Below are positions 53,501-64,000 of a stretch of 64,000 nucleotides of DNA, piece by piece (the stretch's first letter is position 1; each line of letters opens with the position of its first letter). The DNA is from Antedon mediterranea (Eukaryota; Animalia; Echinodermata): assembly GCF_964355755.1 (NCBI RefSeq), contig NC_092673.1, positions 1,736,001 through 1,800,000 of the forward strand, given 5' to 3'. Both the position numbers and the translations under genes were made by a program. The notes under the pieces were generated by a model, which was not told the DNA's origin, did no database searches, and was given only the letters and a program-made list of their open reading frames with translations.

Positions 53501-55954
53501 AGGTTTATTATTCTCAAAAATAGAATGAGTCTTACCTTGACATCCGGGTCCTTTGTAACCATTTGTACATGTCGCATTTTCCCGGCATCCCTTACTATTG
53601 TCACAATCCTCTTGCTTGCAATGACAAGTCTGAAGACAATCTGCTCCATATTTTAAGCCACTACACTCTGTTAAAAGGTAATTTTTCAAAGTAAAATTCA
53701 ATTCAATTTTTTTTCAATTCAAAAAGCATTATTCACGTCCAGAATACAAATAGTAACAAAAACAAAATGGCAAGTGATAAATGATGAATGTACTGTGTTA
53801 TGTGATTTTATTCTTTTTCCTATGTAAATGATGACAAATTAACTGACCTGTTTGGCAATCGTTTCCGCTATACCCACGATTGCATGAACAACCAACTGGG
53901 TCAGGAGGACACAACAGCATACCAACACAATGTGGATTACCGCTTTCACATTTCATATCACAATATCGACCCCAATTGCTCGACTCACAAGCTACCAAAA
54001 TAATGGATTGTATTATTAAAGAGTTCACTTGAATAAGATCATTTGAAATGGGAAATAGGCCTACATGTGAGCGATTAGCGTCTGTATGACCACAAATAAT
54101 GCATTTAATGTTGCTTACCTTTTTCACAATGTTCTCCCATAAACCCTGCTGGGCAAACACATACACCCGTCTTATCATCACAAACTCCTCCATTGTAGCA
54201 TACTGGACAGTCCTCCTCGCAACCAGGAGGATTCCATTTTGGTGAAGGGCAATCTAATTATAGTTTACAAGTGGAAAACAGTTAAATTAATTCAATTCTT
54301 TTTTTTTTTTAAGTAAACATTTCCTCCTATCTTTTTAAATATTTCTTACAAAACAGTTTTTTCAAAAAATGTTCCATACTCCTTCATGTCTTACTTTGTT
54401 GGCATGGTATTAAAATACAAAAATGCAAAATATACAGAGTTAAATTCAGTAAAATACAGAGTTAGTCACTATTAAACTATTTGTACTAACCTCTTACTAT
54501 CAATCGCATTATACCTTGACGCCCATTAATACTAAAATAACATTCATACACTCCGCCATCTTTAGCGCGTACATTATAAATGATGATGGTCGATAACCAT
54601 CTCCAACTCGGAACCTGTGGACCATAGTTGTGTCTCCAGCGAAAACTTAAGGGATGGGTAGGACTTCTGTCGAGACTGATATCGACTGTTTCGCCAACAC
54701 CAACAGTCATCGTTCTAGAATCCATTTTAGTGGAAACTGTAGATAGATAGTTTTATGATTGTTATGCTTGTTATTTAATCGGCTTTCTGGTCTTTTGTCT
54801 CATGCGTCTTTTTCAGACTAGTTATAGAAGAGGACTGCCACCAAACAAAACATGTAGTAGGCCTACTAACAGTTCAGAGGATTATTACATTTTCCCAGCG
54901 TTGTCGTCATCCGTTTCATTTGTCTATTGAAGGTGAAACAGTTTATTCATTTATGATATTACCACAATGTATGTTTTTTTAATTTATCATAATTTTACAT
55001 TTTGTAAGGAATTGCTTATAAAAAATGAATGAAAACTTGCCGTAAAACGTGACAACAACAGCTGATCTAGTAATGACGTCATTTTTAGATGCTTTGAAGG
55101 AATATACACCGACCTCCTGTGCTGTTGGTAGACCTTTAACACCGAGATACATAAAGTCTTCATCAACTGAGTAAACCAAACTGCTGGGCGTGTTAAAGAC
55201 TCTATCATCCGGCATATCTATTGATAAATTGCCTGTTTTTTGGTTTAAATCACCAGAATTACCAGTGTCGGCCCAAGTGACGTTTTGCTGGAAATCCTTA
55301 TGCAACATGCCAATGCTAATATCTGTTGTCATGTTACCCTTTCCTATGTATCCACGTACATCGTTCTTACCACCTGGGCCAACCTGTGCTCTTGCCAGGA
55401 TCGTAATGTCCAAAAAATCTGTAAATATGAGAAGAGCTGTGTGTTTTTTTAAAGTAACGCCCTGTCTGCAGGGTTTAACAAGATGAAAGATGACGTGGAA
55501 AATGACCAGTCGCCTTATTTAAATTGTCCAGAACCCACCTGTGTGTTGGCATAGTTATATCATAGTTCATTTTGGCCTATTCCTTTGCATATTCAAAACA
55601 ACTACGAGCAGAATATACTCTGCACTCTGGGTCTACTCAATATTACAATGATGAAAGGAACCGATTTTCTGATAATTTAATTTTGACTTTTTCTACTGCA
55701 GCTGCAGTATTAGTATACAATACTAAAACCAACATACCAAAGTATGAAGTAAACGGAAGTGTGGAAATGATTGAGTTGGAATTGCATACCAGATTGGTAC
55801 CATATTGCAACGACAAAAACTCTTCTTTGACTAAATTCTTGTTCACACGAAAAAGTGATTGAAATTTTAACTAATAATAAATCTTACCTGAAGATGTTTG
55901 TACTGTTGTAAGAAAACAGTACAAAATCGGCACAATTTTGAATGTAGCAAGCAT
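50560..55954 (-). CDS. Secreted Tie-ectodomain-like protein, copy B (~869 aa: SP-Ig-Ig-4xEGF-4xFN3-BESS-like tail); exons 55954-55888, 55418-55041, 54736-54491, 54253-54119, 53991-53848, 53667-53536, 53452-53309, 53182-52865, 52432-52365, 52138-51907, 51691-51422, 51246-51038, 50943-50814, 50696-50560
   Basis: Signal peptide [22 protein letters not shown]; same exon series and phases as A and C; 2610 nt in frame with one GC-AG intron; ends [31 protein letters not shown]; AATAAA at 50476-50481 (-). Confidence 0.85.
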
Positions 55955-56089
55955 TCTGATACCAAATTCTGCTGTAGTGATGTTGTTTTAACTACTTATC
56001 AATGATTTTAAGTTGGTTTTAGTAATTACTTGCTCTTTTATGAACGAAGATCCATTATGCCTTGAGTGACACATGATGATTTCCTTTAT

Positions 56090-56340
56090 TATCGACACAG
56101 CTTGGTACCTATTGTTATCCCTTTACTTCCTTTACCAGGGGCGTGTCGGAATGAGCTCGGCACCGATGTCATTTCTCTATCCATTATTGATGTCACGTGA
56201 TCACTGAGCAGGTTATCAAGGTAACGCATGCGCACAAACTAGGTAATGCCAAAGTAAATTTCCTTGCATGACCCTAATAAATGAAGTATACGGATAACAA
56301 TTGGTACCAAGATGTTCCAATATACTTTGATCTTGATTAA
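56090..56340 (-). promoter_or_regulatory. Conserved upstream block of copy B
   Basis: GGGGCGTG, GTCACGTGA (56192-56200), TCAAGGTAA and ACGCATGCGCA retained; GTGGGAA changed to GTCGGAA. Confidence 0.7.
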
Positions 56341-56511
56341 AGTGATGCTTTACCAGCCTGCTTTCATCTTACGTAGAACACCCATGTTTAATAATGAAAT
56401 TGTACACTGTTTGTTTTGGTTCTTTTCTTTATTAAATCAATTGATTTAGTACAAATGTTGGTAGACCTAACTATTTATTTGAAAATGTATGAGTTTTATC
56501 AAAACTACTTA

Positions 56512-59500
56512 TTAAAACTTAAAAATGAGATCATTAATTCGTTTAATAAGCTGTGTTTGATCTTCTCCCGACATTTCTCTGAGGTCAGACTTTAACCAAT
56601 CGCAGTATGCTCCGATTTTGTCGTTTTTCTCGATTGGCACACATTCTGAAAACAAAGCATTAGAAGAATCGTAAACGCAAAATCTCTCAAAATATTATTT
56701 TCCTAACTAAGTTAACATTGTTTTATGGATAGTAGATATAGCTGCTTACCATTTGTTTCAGATATTACGTGTTGGTTATTGTCTCCCGACAGATCAGTTG
56801 TTATCACTTTATTTGGAGAAAATTTACCAAATCCTTTGACGTTTCTTGCTGCTATCTAAAATTCAAATTATACATTCTTGTTACGTTTTTGTGAGTTATC
56901 AACAGTGTTATGCATAGCAGTAATGAATAATTATGTTGTATTTTCAATGTTTTTTAAAGCATACCTTCACATTGTACTCAGTTCCTGTGTGAATGTTTTC
57001 TTCAACATGTAGATACTTATTAGTTGTATGTTTGTTGATTGTAAACAAACATGATGTGATAATGACATTATATTCAATGATTTCACACAAGCCTCCATCA
57101 ACTGGTGGACTCCATTGAATAGTGATCGATGACGCAGTTGTGCAGAGTGACGTAATATTTGGAGCTCCCGGATCTACAAATGAAGCAAAATTCAAAAGCT
57201 TAGAATGTTCTTACTTTTATTCCCTTTCCTCATACATAAGACAGGAACGAAACACAGTTTTTAATATCAAATGATGGTTATAATTAATGGGCATACATTA
57301 TATTTGGATAAAGAAACCAGCTCAGTTTACTTACAAGTTGTAGCAACAATTTCTTGCTGAAAGGCAGTTCCGTTCATGTTGAAATAAGAACTCCAAACTA
57401 AGAAGGTGTACGATTCACATGCTTCAATTCCTTCATTCAGTATCACGTGAGTTGCTGTCGTACTTCCCTCTTGTTGTACGTTTCCATTTTGCAGCAATTG
57501 ATAGAAATACCGGATATTGCCATACGAAACACAAGATGCAGCCGTCCATCTCATCATAAGTGCTGTTTCATTAGCGGTTGATTCTTTGTCATTTGAAGGA
57601 GCTGTTTAAAAATTCCATGCTTAAATTTATGCTTAAATTTGAGAAATTTTGCATTTAATTGCGGTCTAAATTCCATTCAATTTAGGAAATATAGTCTGTA
57701 GGCCTACATCATATGAAGAAATTATTCGTTTATCTGTTATTGTTCCTAGTTGCCGGTCGTCTGTGGCAAGGCAAATGTGTATCCTGCTCCTTTGTTTGGT
57801 CACCTAGGTAGGGGTCCGGGACCGCGACAGAACGACAACGGATGGGGACCCTCCAAAGAAATTGCATTTTATTTGTCAGGAATTTGTATGATTTATTTCT
57901 TTTTTATTTTTAAATGCGCCTTGAGCACTCTGGAGTGGTATGTGCGCTATAAAAATCTTATTATTATTATTATTATTAGTTTATTTTTTATGTTAGGAAA
58001 GTCATGCCTTTAAAAAGACTTTACAATGACTGCTTTTATTTCTGCTAATCCTTAGTTCATGTGCTAAACATTGCATTTACCTAATGGTGGTATGTGCAAG
58101 CGTTCTCCCCAATCTCCAGCAATATCTCTATTGTTGACAACTCTAGCATACACGTTATAGGCAACACATTTTGATGTTTCAATTGGTACTTCTCTGTTAT
58201 ACCTGTCTGTTGTGTTGACGATGTCCCTTATAGTTCCATCTATACTCTCGTATCTCATCTGATATCGAAGTATGTCATTGCATTGAATTCGTTCATGGAC
58301 ATCGGAAACATTCTAGAAAAAATATTTGTAACTATTGGAAGGTTGTCTATTCTATATTGTTAGATAGCAAAACCTTGGTAACACTTTTGTAAATTTTTAT
58401 AGAGCCAGTGTCAGTAGTAACGTTATATTATTTTTAATTATTTTTTTAAAAACATACGCCGTAATGTGAATTCGTAGATCTAGATAAAATATAAACATAC
58501 CTGTATTTCTAATACGATGTAATTGTCGTAAATTTCTTTCAACTCTACGGTTGGCTCGTCTAGAGGTTCTTGAAGGGTAAAATAATGTAAATTTTAGTAA
58601 CAGTGATAGGTTTATTCTAAATATGATGCCGTTAATATGTGCCCTTTTCTTGAGTTCTTGAGAAGTATTTCAACTCACTTGAATGATACATTAGCTAAAC
58701 AATGTATTTATGAATATAATGTTAAAATAGCACCGACAAGAGAAACAATTAAATCTGAAATGCTTATTGCTTAATATTTAGGTATTCTTACTTGAACAAT
58801 TGAGGTCGGAATACCCTTTCGGACTTGGTGGACCAAACGTCTCAATACCCGCCACCATTCTACTGTGATGAGCGTAGAATTCAACATTTGACTCTGGTAA
58901 AATGTTATCAATAGTGATAAAGCCATCGTTGTTAGTCGTATTAACTGAAGTAAATGTGCTCAATGGTGACATTTTATATTTATACCACAATGATGTTGTA
59001 ACAATAGTTCCTGTCCCGTAGTCTTCACCTGGTACCCAAGAAGCGTTTATTGTTAGCGTAGTTGCGGTCGAGCTGACGACAGTTGGTGCGGTGCTACGAT
59101 ATGGTAAAGCTTAACCAAGAAAAGAAAATAGTTTGTTTATTAGTTTCCACAAATAATACATATAATTGTCTTAATAAATCTTTAAATATTTATAAATGTG
59201 GATGGTGGTCACAATATTAAGTCTAGAAGTAGACTTTAAACAGAGAGTAGAAGTAACAAGTTGAATTATAACCACAATGATAAGTCAAATGTAATTGTGT
59301 TTTCAATCGAGTAATTTATACTTCACAAAAGCAAATACATTTTTAATTTACCTGTACTGCAATCATGGCCTGCCCATCCCTGTAGACACCCATCATCACA
59401 GCTCCCATCAGGATTACACTTACTATCACCCATGCAATGACACGGGTAGTTACACAACACACCAAACGTATGGTGTGGACACTCTCGATTCAAAACTATA

Positions 59501-61542
59501 TCAAATAATAAAATACATTATATTGCAATTTTTTTAAAGTTGTTATTCTCACGTAATTCTTTCAATAAGAAAGAAGATGAATTCTTACCTTGACATCCGG
59601 GTCCTTTGTAACCATCTGTACATGTCGCATTTTCCCGGCATCCCTTACTATTGTCACAATCCTCTGGATTGCAATGACAAGTTTGAAGACAATTTGCTCC
59701 ATATTTCAAGCCACTACACTCTGTTGAAATATAATTTGTTAAAGTATGTCCAATATTACTCCTTTTCCTATTATTAGAAAATACATAGTATGCAAATGAT
59801 GACAAATTAACTGACCTGTGTGGCAATCGTTTCCGCTATACCCACGATTGCATGAACAACCAACTGGGTCAGGAGGACACAACAGCATACCAACACAATG
59901 TGGATTACCGCTGTCACATTTCATATCACAATATCGACCCCAATTGCTCGACTCACAAGCTACCAAAATAATGGATTGGATTATTAAAGAACATAATGGC
60001 GACGAGCATTTGAGATGTTGTAAGGCGACTGACTGACAAATAATGCATTCAAAACTTTGCCTACCTTTTTCACAATGTTCTCCCATAAACCCTGCTGGGC
60101 AAACACAGATACCCGTCTTATCATCACAAACTCCTCCATTGTAGCATACTGGGCAGTCCTCTTCACAACCAGGAGGATTCCATTTTGGTGAAGGGCAATC
60201 TAATTAAGCATACCGTATACATTAACATTTTTTGAACATTTCTTTTTTTTACGGTAACGTCTTTGGAGACTATCTCTCTTTCTTGTAGACCTTTTTTAAA
60301 ACTTAAAATGAAGGGAGTGGTCCTCTTTTTGTTTTAGACCTACTTTGTCATTTTTAGTTATACATTTTATTCACTTAATCTCACTATCAATAATTATTAT
60401 TAGTTATTATTAATATTTGTATTTGTACTAACCTCTTACTATCAATCGCATTATACCTTGACGTCCATTAACATACAAATAACATTCATACACTCCGCCA
60501 TCTTTACCGCGTACATTAGGAATTACAACGGTCGAATAACCATCCCACTTCCAAATCTTTTCACCATAGTTATGTCTCCACTGTTTAGTCCAGCTGTTTT
60601 TACCCGTGTCGATGTTGATAGTGACAGATTCACCAACACCAACCGTCAATGTTCTAGACTCCATTGTAAAATCACCTGCATTTTATTTGTATCAAAATAT
60701 AATAAATACGATAACAAGAATGGAAAGATTGGATGGATTTTGTATTTACTCTGGTTGCTGAAGCGATCATCTCTTTTACAAAGCACGGTGGTTCCTTATT
60801 TTTGTGTCTATAGAATGTGCCATTGTTTATTCATTTATGCCATGAACACTTCTCAAATGTTTTTAATGTTTTTTTTACTTTACTTACCGTACATTCGTGT
60901 TACAACGACAGCTGATCTAGTAATGACGCCATCTTTAGACGCTTCAAATGTATGCACACCGACCTGTTGTGTTACTTCTAGATTACTAACACCAAAATAC
61001 ATAAAGTTTTCATCAATAGAGTAAGCCAGATTGCTGGATGTGTAAAAGAGTCTATCATCTGGCATATCTATTGGTACATCACCTGTTGTTTGGTTAAAAT
61101 CTCCCGAATAACCAGTGTCAGGCCAGCTTACATTTTTCTTGGAATGTATTAGGAACATGCCAATGCTGACATCTGTTGTCATATCATTCTTCCCTATATA
61201 TCCACGGATGTCATGTCCATCGACTCCAGCTGCAAGTGCTCTTGTCAGTATAGTAATGTCCAAAAAATCTGGAAATATGGCAGAAACTGTATTTTGTGTC
61301 ACCATAATATTTTGAAGAGTTTGGAGAGTTGGACAGCGAGACGTTTCAAAGGGTTGAACTGTCAGAACATTCTGTGGTGACTTTATGTTTATGTAAGCTA
61401 ATGGTGGTTGCCTAAGCTCTGTTCAGACGAAAAGAGGTAACACCTAGGATTTAGAAATAAAAATACCATGAGTCTTACCTGCAGAGGTTCTTGTAAGAAA
61501 ACAGCAGAACAAAATCGACACAAACTTTAATGTAATCAGCAT
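56512..61542 (-). CDS. Secreted Tie-ectodomain-like protein, copy C (~858 aa: SP-Ig-Ig-4xEGF-4xFN3-BESS-like tail); exons 61542-61479, 61268-60888, 60675-60433, 60199-60065, 59959-59816, 59720-59589, 59495-59352, 59109-58792, 58568-58501, 58312-58081, 57601-57335, 57173-56965, 56855-56750, 56645-56512
   Basis: Signal peptide MLITLKFVSILFCCFLTRTSA; all introns GT-AG; 2577 nt in frame; ends [31 protein letters not shown]; AATAAA at 56428-56433 (-). Confidence 0.87.
57745..57978 (+). mobile_element. 5'-truncated retroposon fragment with (ATT)n tail in an intron of copy C
   Basis: GC-richer insert whose 3' ~120 bp match 48408-48520; absent from the homologous intron of B. Confidence 0.7.
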
Positions 61543-61697
61543 TCTGATAAAAAAAAATACTGCATACACTCCCAATAATGTTGTTTCATATACTTTACTA
61601 ACACTTGCTTACTTACTTTCTTACTTTTAGTAATTACTTGATTTTGAACCAAGAACCATTATGTCTTGATTGACACATGATGATTAATTTCCTTTAT

Positions 61698-61960
61698 TAT
61701 CGACACAACTTGGTACCTATTGTTATCCTTCTATTTCCTTTTCCAGGGGCGTGTGGGAAAGAGCTCGGTACCAAAGTCATTAATATATTGATTATTGGTA
61801 TCACGTGATCAATGTGCAGGGCATCAAGGTGAACTTTGAAGAACGCATGCGCACAAACTATCTCAGGCGACAGAGTAATATCATCTCCTCACATGACCCT
61901 GACAAAGGAAGTAATGTAAGAATAACAGTTGGTACCATGATGTTCCAATGCATCTGGATT
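61698..61960. promoter_or_regulatory. Conserved upstream block lying between divergent copies C and D (candidate bidirectional promoter)
   Basis: Third copy of the block (GTGGGAA 61753-61759, TCACGTGA 61801-61808, ACGCATGCGCA ~61843-61853); the ATGs at 61542 (-) and 62058 (+) are ~515 bp apart. Confidence 0.7.
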
Positions 61961-62057
61961 TCGGATTATAAAACAGTAAACAATAAATAAATTACCGAAA
62001 CAGCACTGTACCGAAAAATAACATAGAAGTTATTGAGAGTTTGTCAGTATTATCAAC

Positions 62058-64000
62058 ATGCATGCGATACTTCATATTGTGACAGTAGTTTGCTGTTTAT
62101 TTAAAACAACCCAAACCTCTTCGGGTAAGTCTGTGTTTGTTTATTATGTACAGAAGAAAACAAGGCCATATACATGGCTGCAGTCGCGTGCTCAAGTTAC
62201 TGTTTACCGACCAACCGACCGACCGGCCGGCCGACATAATGAGCTGTAGAGTCGCATTGCACGCACGCGACTGAAAACTATTCTTCTACAATTTCGTACT
62301 ACTTGGTGTACCATCATCGGCAACTATGTATTTTTTGTTTCAATTGATCTTCTCGAGTTCAATAATATAGTGTTTCATACGTCTGTAATTCAATAGCATC
62401 ATTGATATTTAAACATTGTTAAATAAGTAGGCCTACCAGTATATTCCGAATATTTGTAATTCATGTCAACAGGTTACTGTCACTTAGCCTAATTTTTAGG
62501 ATGTACTTTCAATAAAGAAACTTATTTTTAATTACAATATTTATTTTTCACATTATTAAATGCATTTCTGTCAAACACGAAATTATAATCTCCGTTATAA
62601 TTTGGTACTATGGCTATTTTTAGTCGCGTGCGTGCAACGCGACTCTACAGCTCACTATGTCGGTCGGTTGGTTAGTCGGTCGGTCGGTAAACACTAACTT
62701 GAGCACGCGACTACAGCCATGTATATGGCCTTGTTTATATTCATTGCAAAAATGGTGTGGTTATAACATCAAGAAACGAACTTCATATTCACCTTTCTAT
62801 TAGACCAATACAACTAATTGTTAGTATTATAACATTATATCTATTTCAGAGGTTTTAGACATTACTACGTTGGCAACATCACTTGCAAGCGATACTCAAA
62901 ACGAAGCCCGTGGACTTATAGTGAAAGGCAACATGACAACAAATGCTAGCATTGGTATTTTGTATAAAGACGCCAAACAAAATGTAAGCTGGGCTGACAC
63001 CGGTCATTTGGGAGATTTTAACGACACAACGGGTTATTTAACCTTAGATATGCCAGATGATAGAATATTTTCCACAACTAGCAAAGTGACTTACTCTGTC
63101 CATGAAGACTTCATGTATCTTGGCGTTAAGAGTTTACCATTTGGTCAAAGAGTTGGTGTGTTTTCATTCGAAGCGTCTAAAGACGACGTCCATACTAGGT
63201 CAGCTGTTGTAGTCACTGAATTACATGGTGAGTTTTATTTCACATAATACCTTACAAAAGGAGTACTTTTATATATAATATGTCTGCGCCCATGTGCCTG
63301 CAGCAATTTTATGAACAGTGCCCCAGCTATCTCTTGCTTATTGTACGATCTATGAGTAAGGCATGTCATGGTCTTCGTTTTATCATATACCTTTGCCTCT
63401 GATAAGCTTAGTTTGGTTTGGTCCACATTGGCCAGTCTATTTTCTTTGATGACCAACCACATTACGTACATTATCACTTTAACAGCCTAGTATTTCTCCA
63501 GAAATTCTCAACCATTATCTCTATATCCTTTTGGAAACAAATGGTGTACCGCAAACCAAATAATTATATTACAGGTACTATTACAATGAAATCCAGAACA
63601 CAAACTGTCGGTGTTGGTGAATCTGTTACTATTTCACTGGATAGAGGCAGATACTTGTACTCTTTGCAGTGGAGACATAACTATGGCGACCCAGTTACCA
63701 GGTGGTATTCTGAAACATCAATTACACTTAGCAATATACGCGCTAAAGATGGCGGCGTGTATGAATGCTACAAATATGAAACCGGACGGCATGGAATAAT
63801 GAGGTTAATAGTAAGAGGTTAGTCACCTGATTTCTTCAGATCTTTTTACATTGTTCTTTATATCTGTAGTCAAATAACGACGACGAGACATGCGTATAGT
63901 AACGCCTCTGAGATGCAGTCCATATCTATCGCGGCTTACGCACATTATCCTATTCATGTTATACTGAATGGAAAATGTTTTATTATCGCCATAGGTTGCC
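62058..64000 (+). CDS. Tie-ectodomain-like protein, copy D (inverted; 5' part only); exons 62058-62124, 62850-63227, 63575-63817, 63995->
   Basis: Signal peptide MHAILHIVTVVCCLFKTTQTSS then G|GTAAG; exon 2 EVLDITTL...RSAVVVTELH; Ig exon VGVGES...WRHNYG...GVYECY...GIMRLIVR; the first EGF exon begins ATAG|GTTGCC at the window end. Confidence 0.85.
62158..62736. mobile_element. Fold-back element with ~120-bp inverted arms in intron 1 of copy D
   Basis: AAACAAGGCCATATACATGGCTG.AGTCGCGTGCTCAAGTTA...(CCGA)n...AGAGTCGC.TTGCACGCACGCGACT at 62158-62277 and its reverse complement at 62618-62736. Confidence 0.85.

Noticed and set aside
60458-61024. 188-aa + strand ORF and similar ORFs (55190..55486, 51422..51649, 59295..59537, 61115..61315)
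   Set aside because: Antisense shadows of real minus-strand exons with no recognisable domains.
50560-61542. Copies B and C as an assembly (haplotype) duplication
   Set aside because: Ig exons, signal peptides, many introns and TE insertions differ substantially, which fits real paralogs better. Long reads would settle it.
44366-64000. A single canonical Tie receptor tyrosine kinase gene, or one giant multi-repeat gene
   Set aside because: Each unit has its own signal-peptide exon, and each complete unit has its own stop and poly(A) signal; one unit is inverted; no TM or kinase exon was found, so no TIE/TEK symbol is assigned.

Overview
AT-rich, intron-containing animal genomic DNA, most likely an invertebrate deuterostome such as an echinoderm (inferred from composition and gene style only). 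The left two-thirds is a remnant of the NK homeobox cluster: a 2-exon NK4/Nkx2-5-type gene (-), an 8-coding-exon sideroflexin (+) head-to-head with it, a ~18 kb non-coding interval, and a 2-exon Lbx gene (-). From ~44.3 kb to the end lies a compact tandem array of four paralogous genes: three complete on -, one inverted on + and running off the window. Spliced by hand, they encode signal peptide + two Tie-type Ig domains + 4 EGF modules + 3-4 FN3 domains. They have no transmembrane helix or kinase and end in a short conserved helical tail resembling a BESS motif. Their second Ig domain has a conserved framework with three hypervariable loops, and the copies share a conserved promoter block. 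This array is the best candidate for an undescribed system (secreted, diversified Tie-ectodomain proteins). Non-autonomous DNA transposons (PIF/Harbinger-like, Kolobok-like), a Deu/Nin-type SINE and minisatellites are scattered throughout. All exon boundaries and family assignments were read by eye with no database search.
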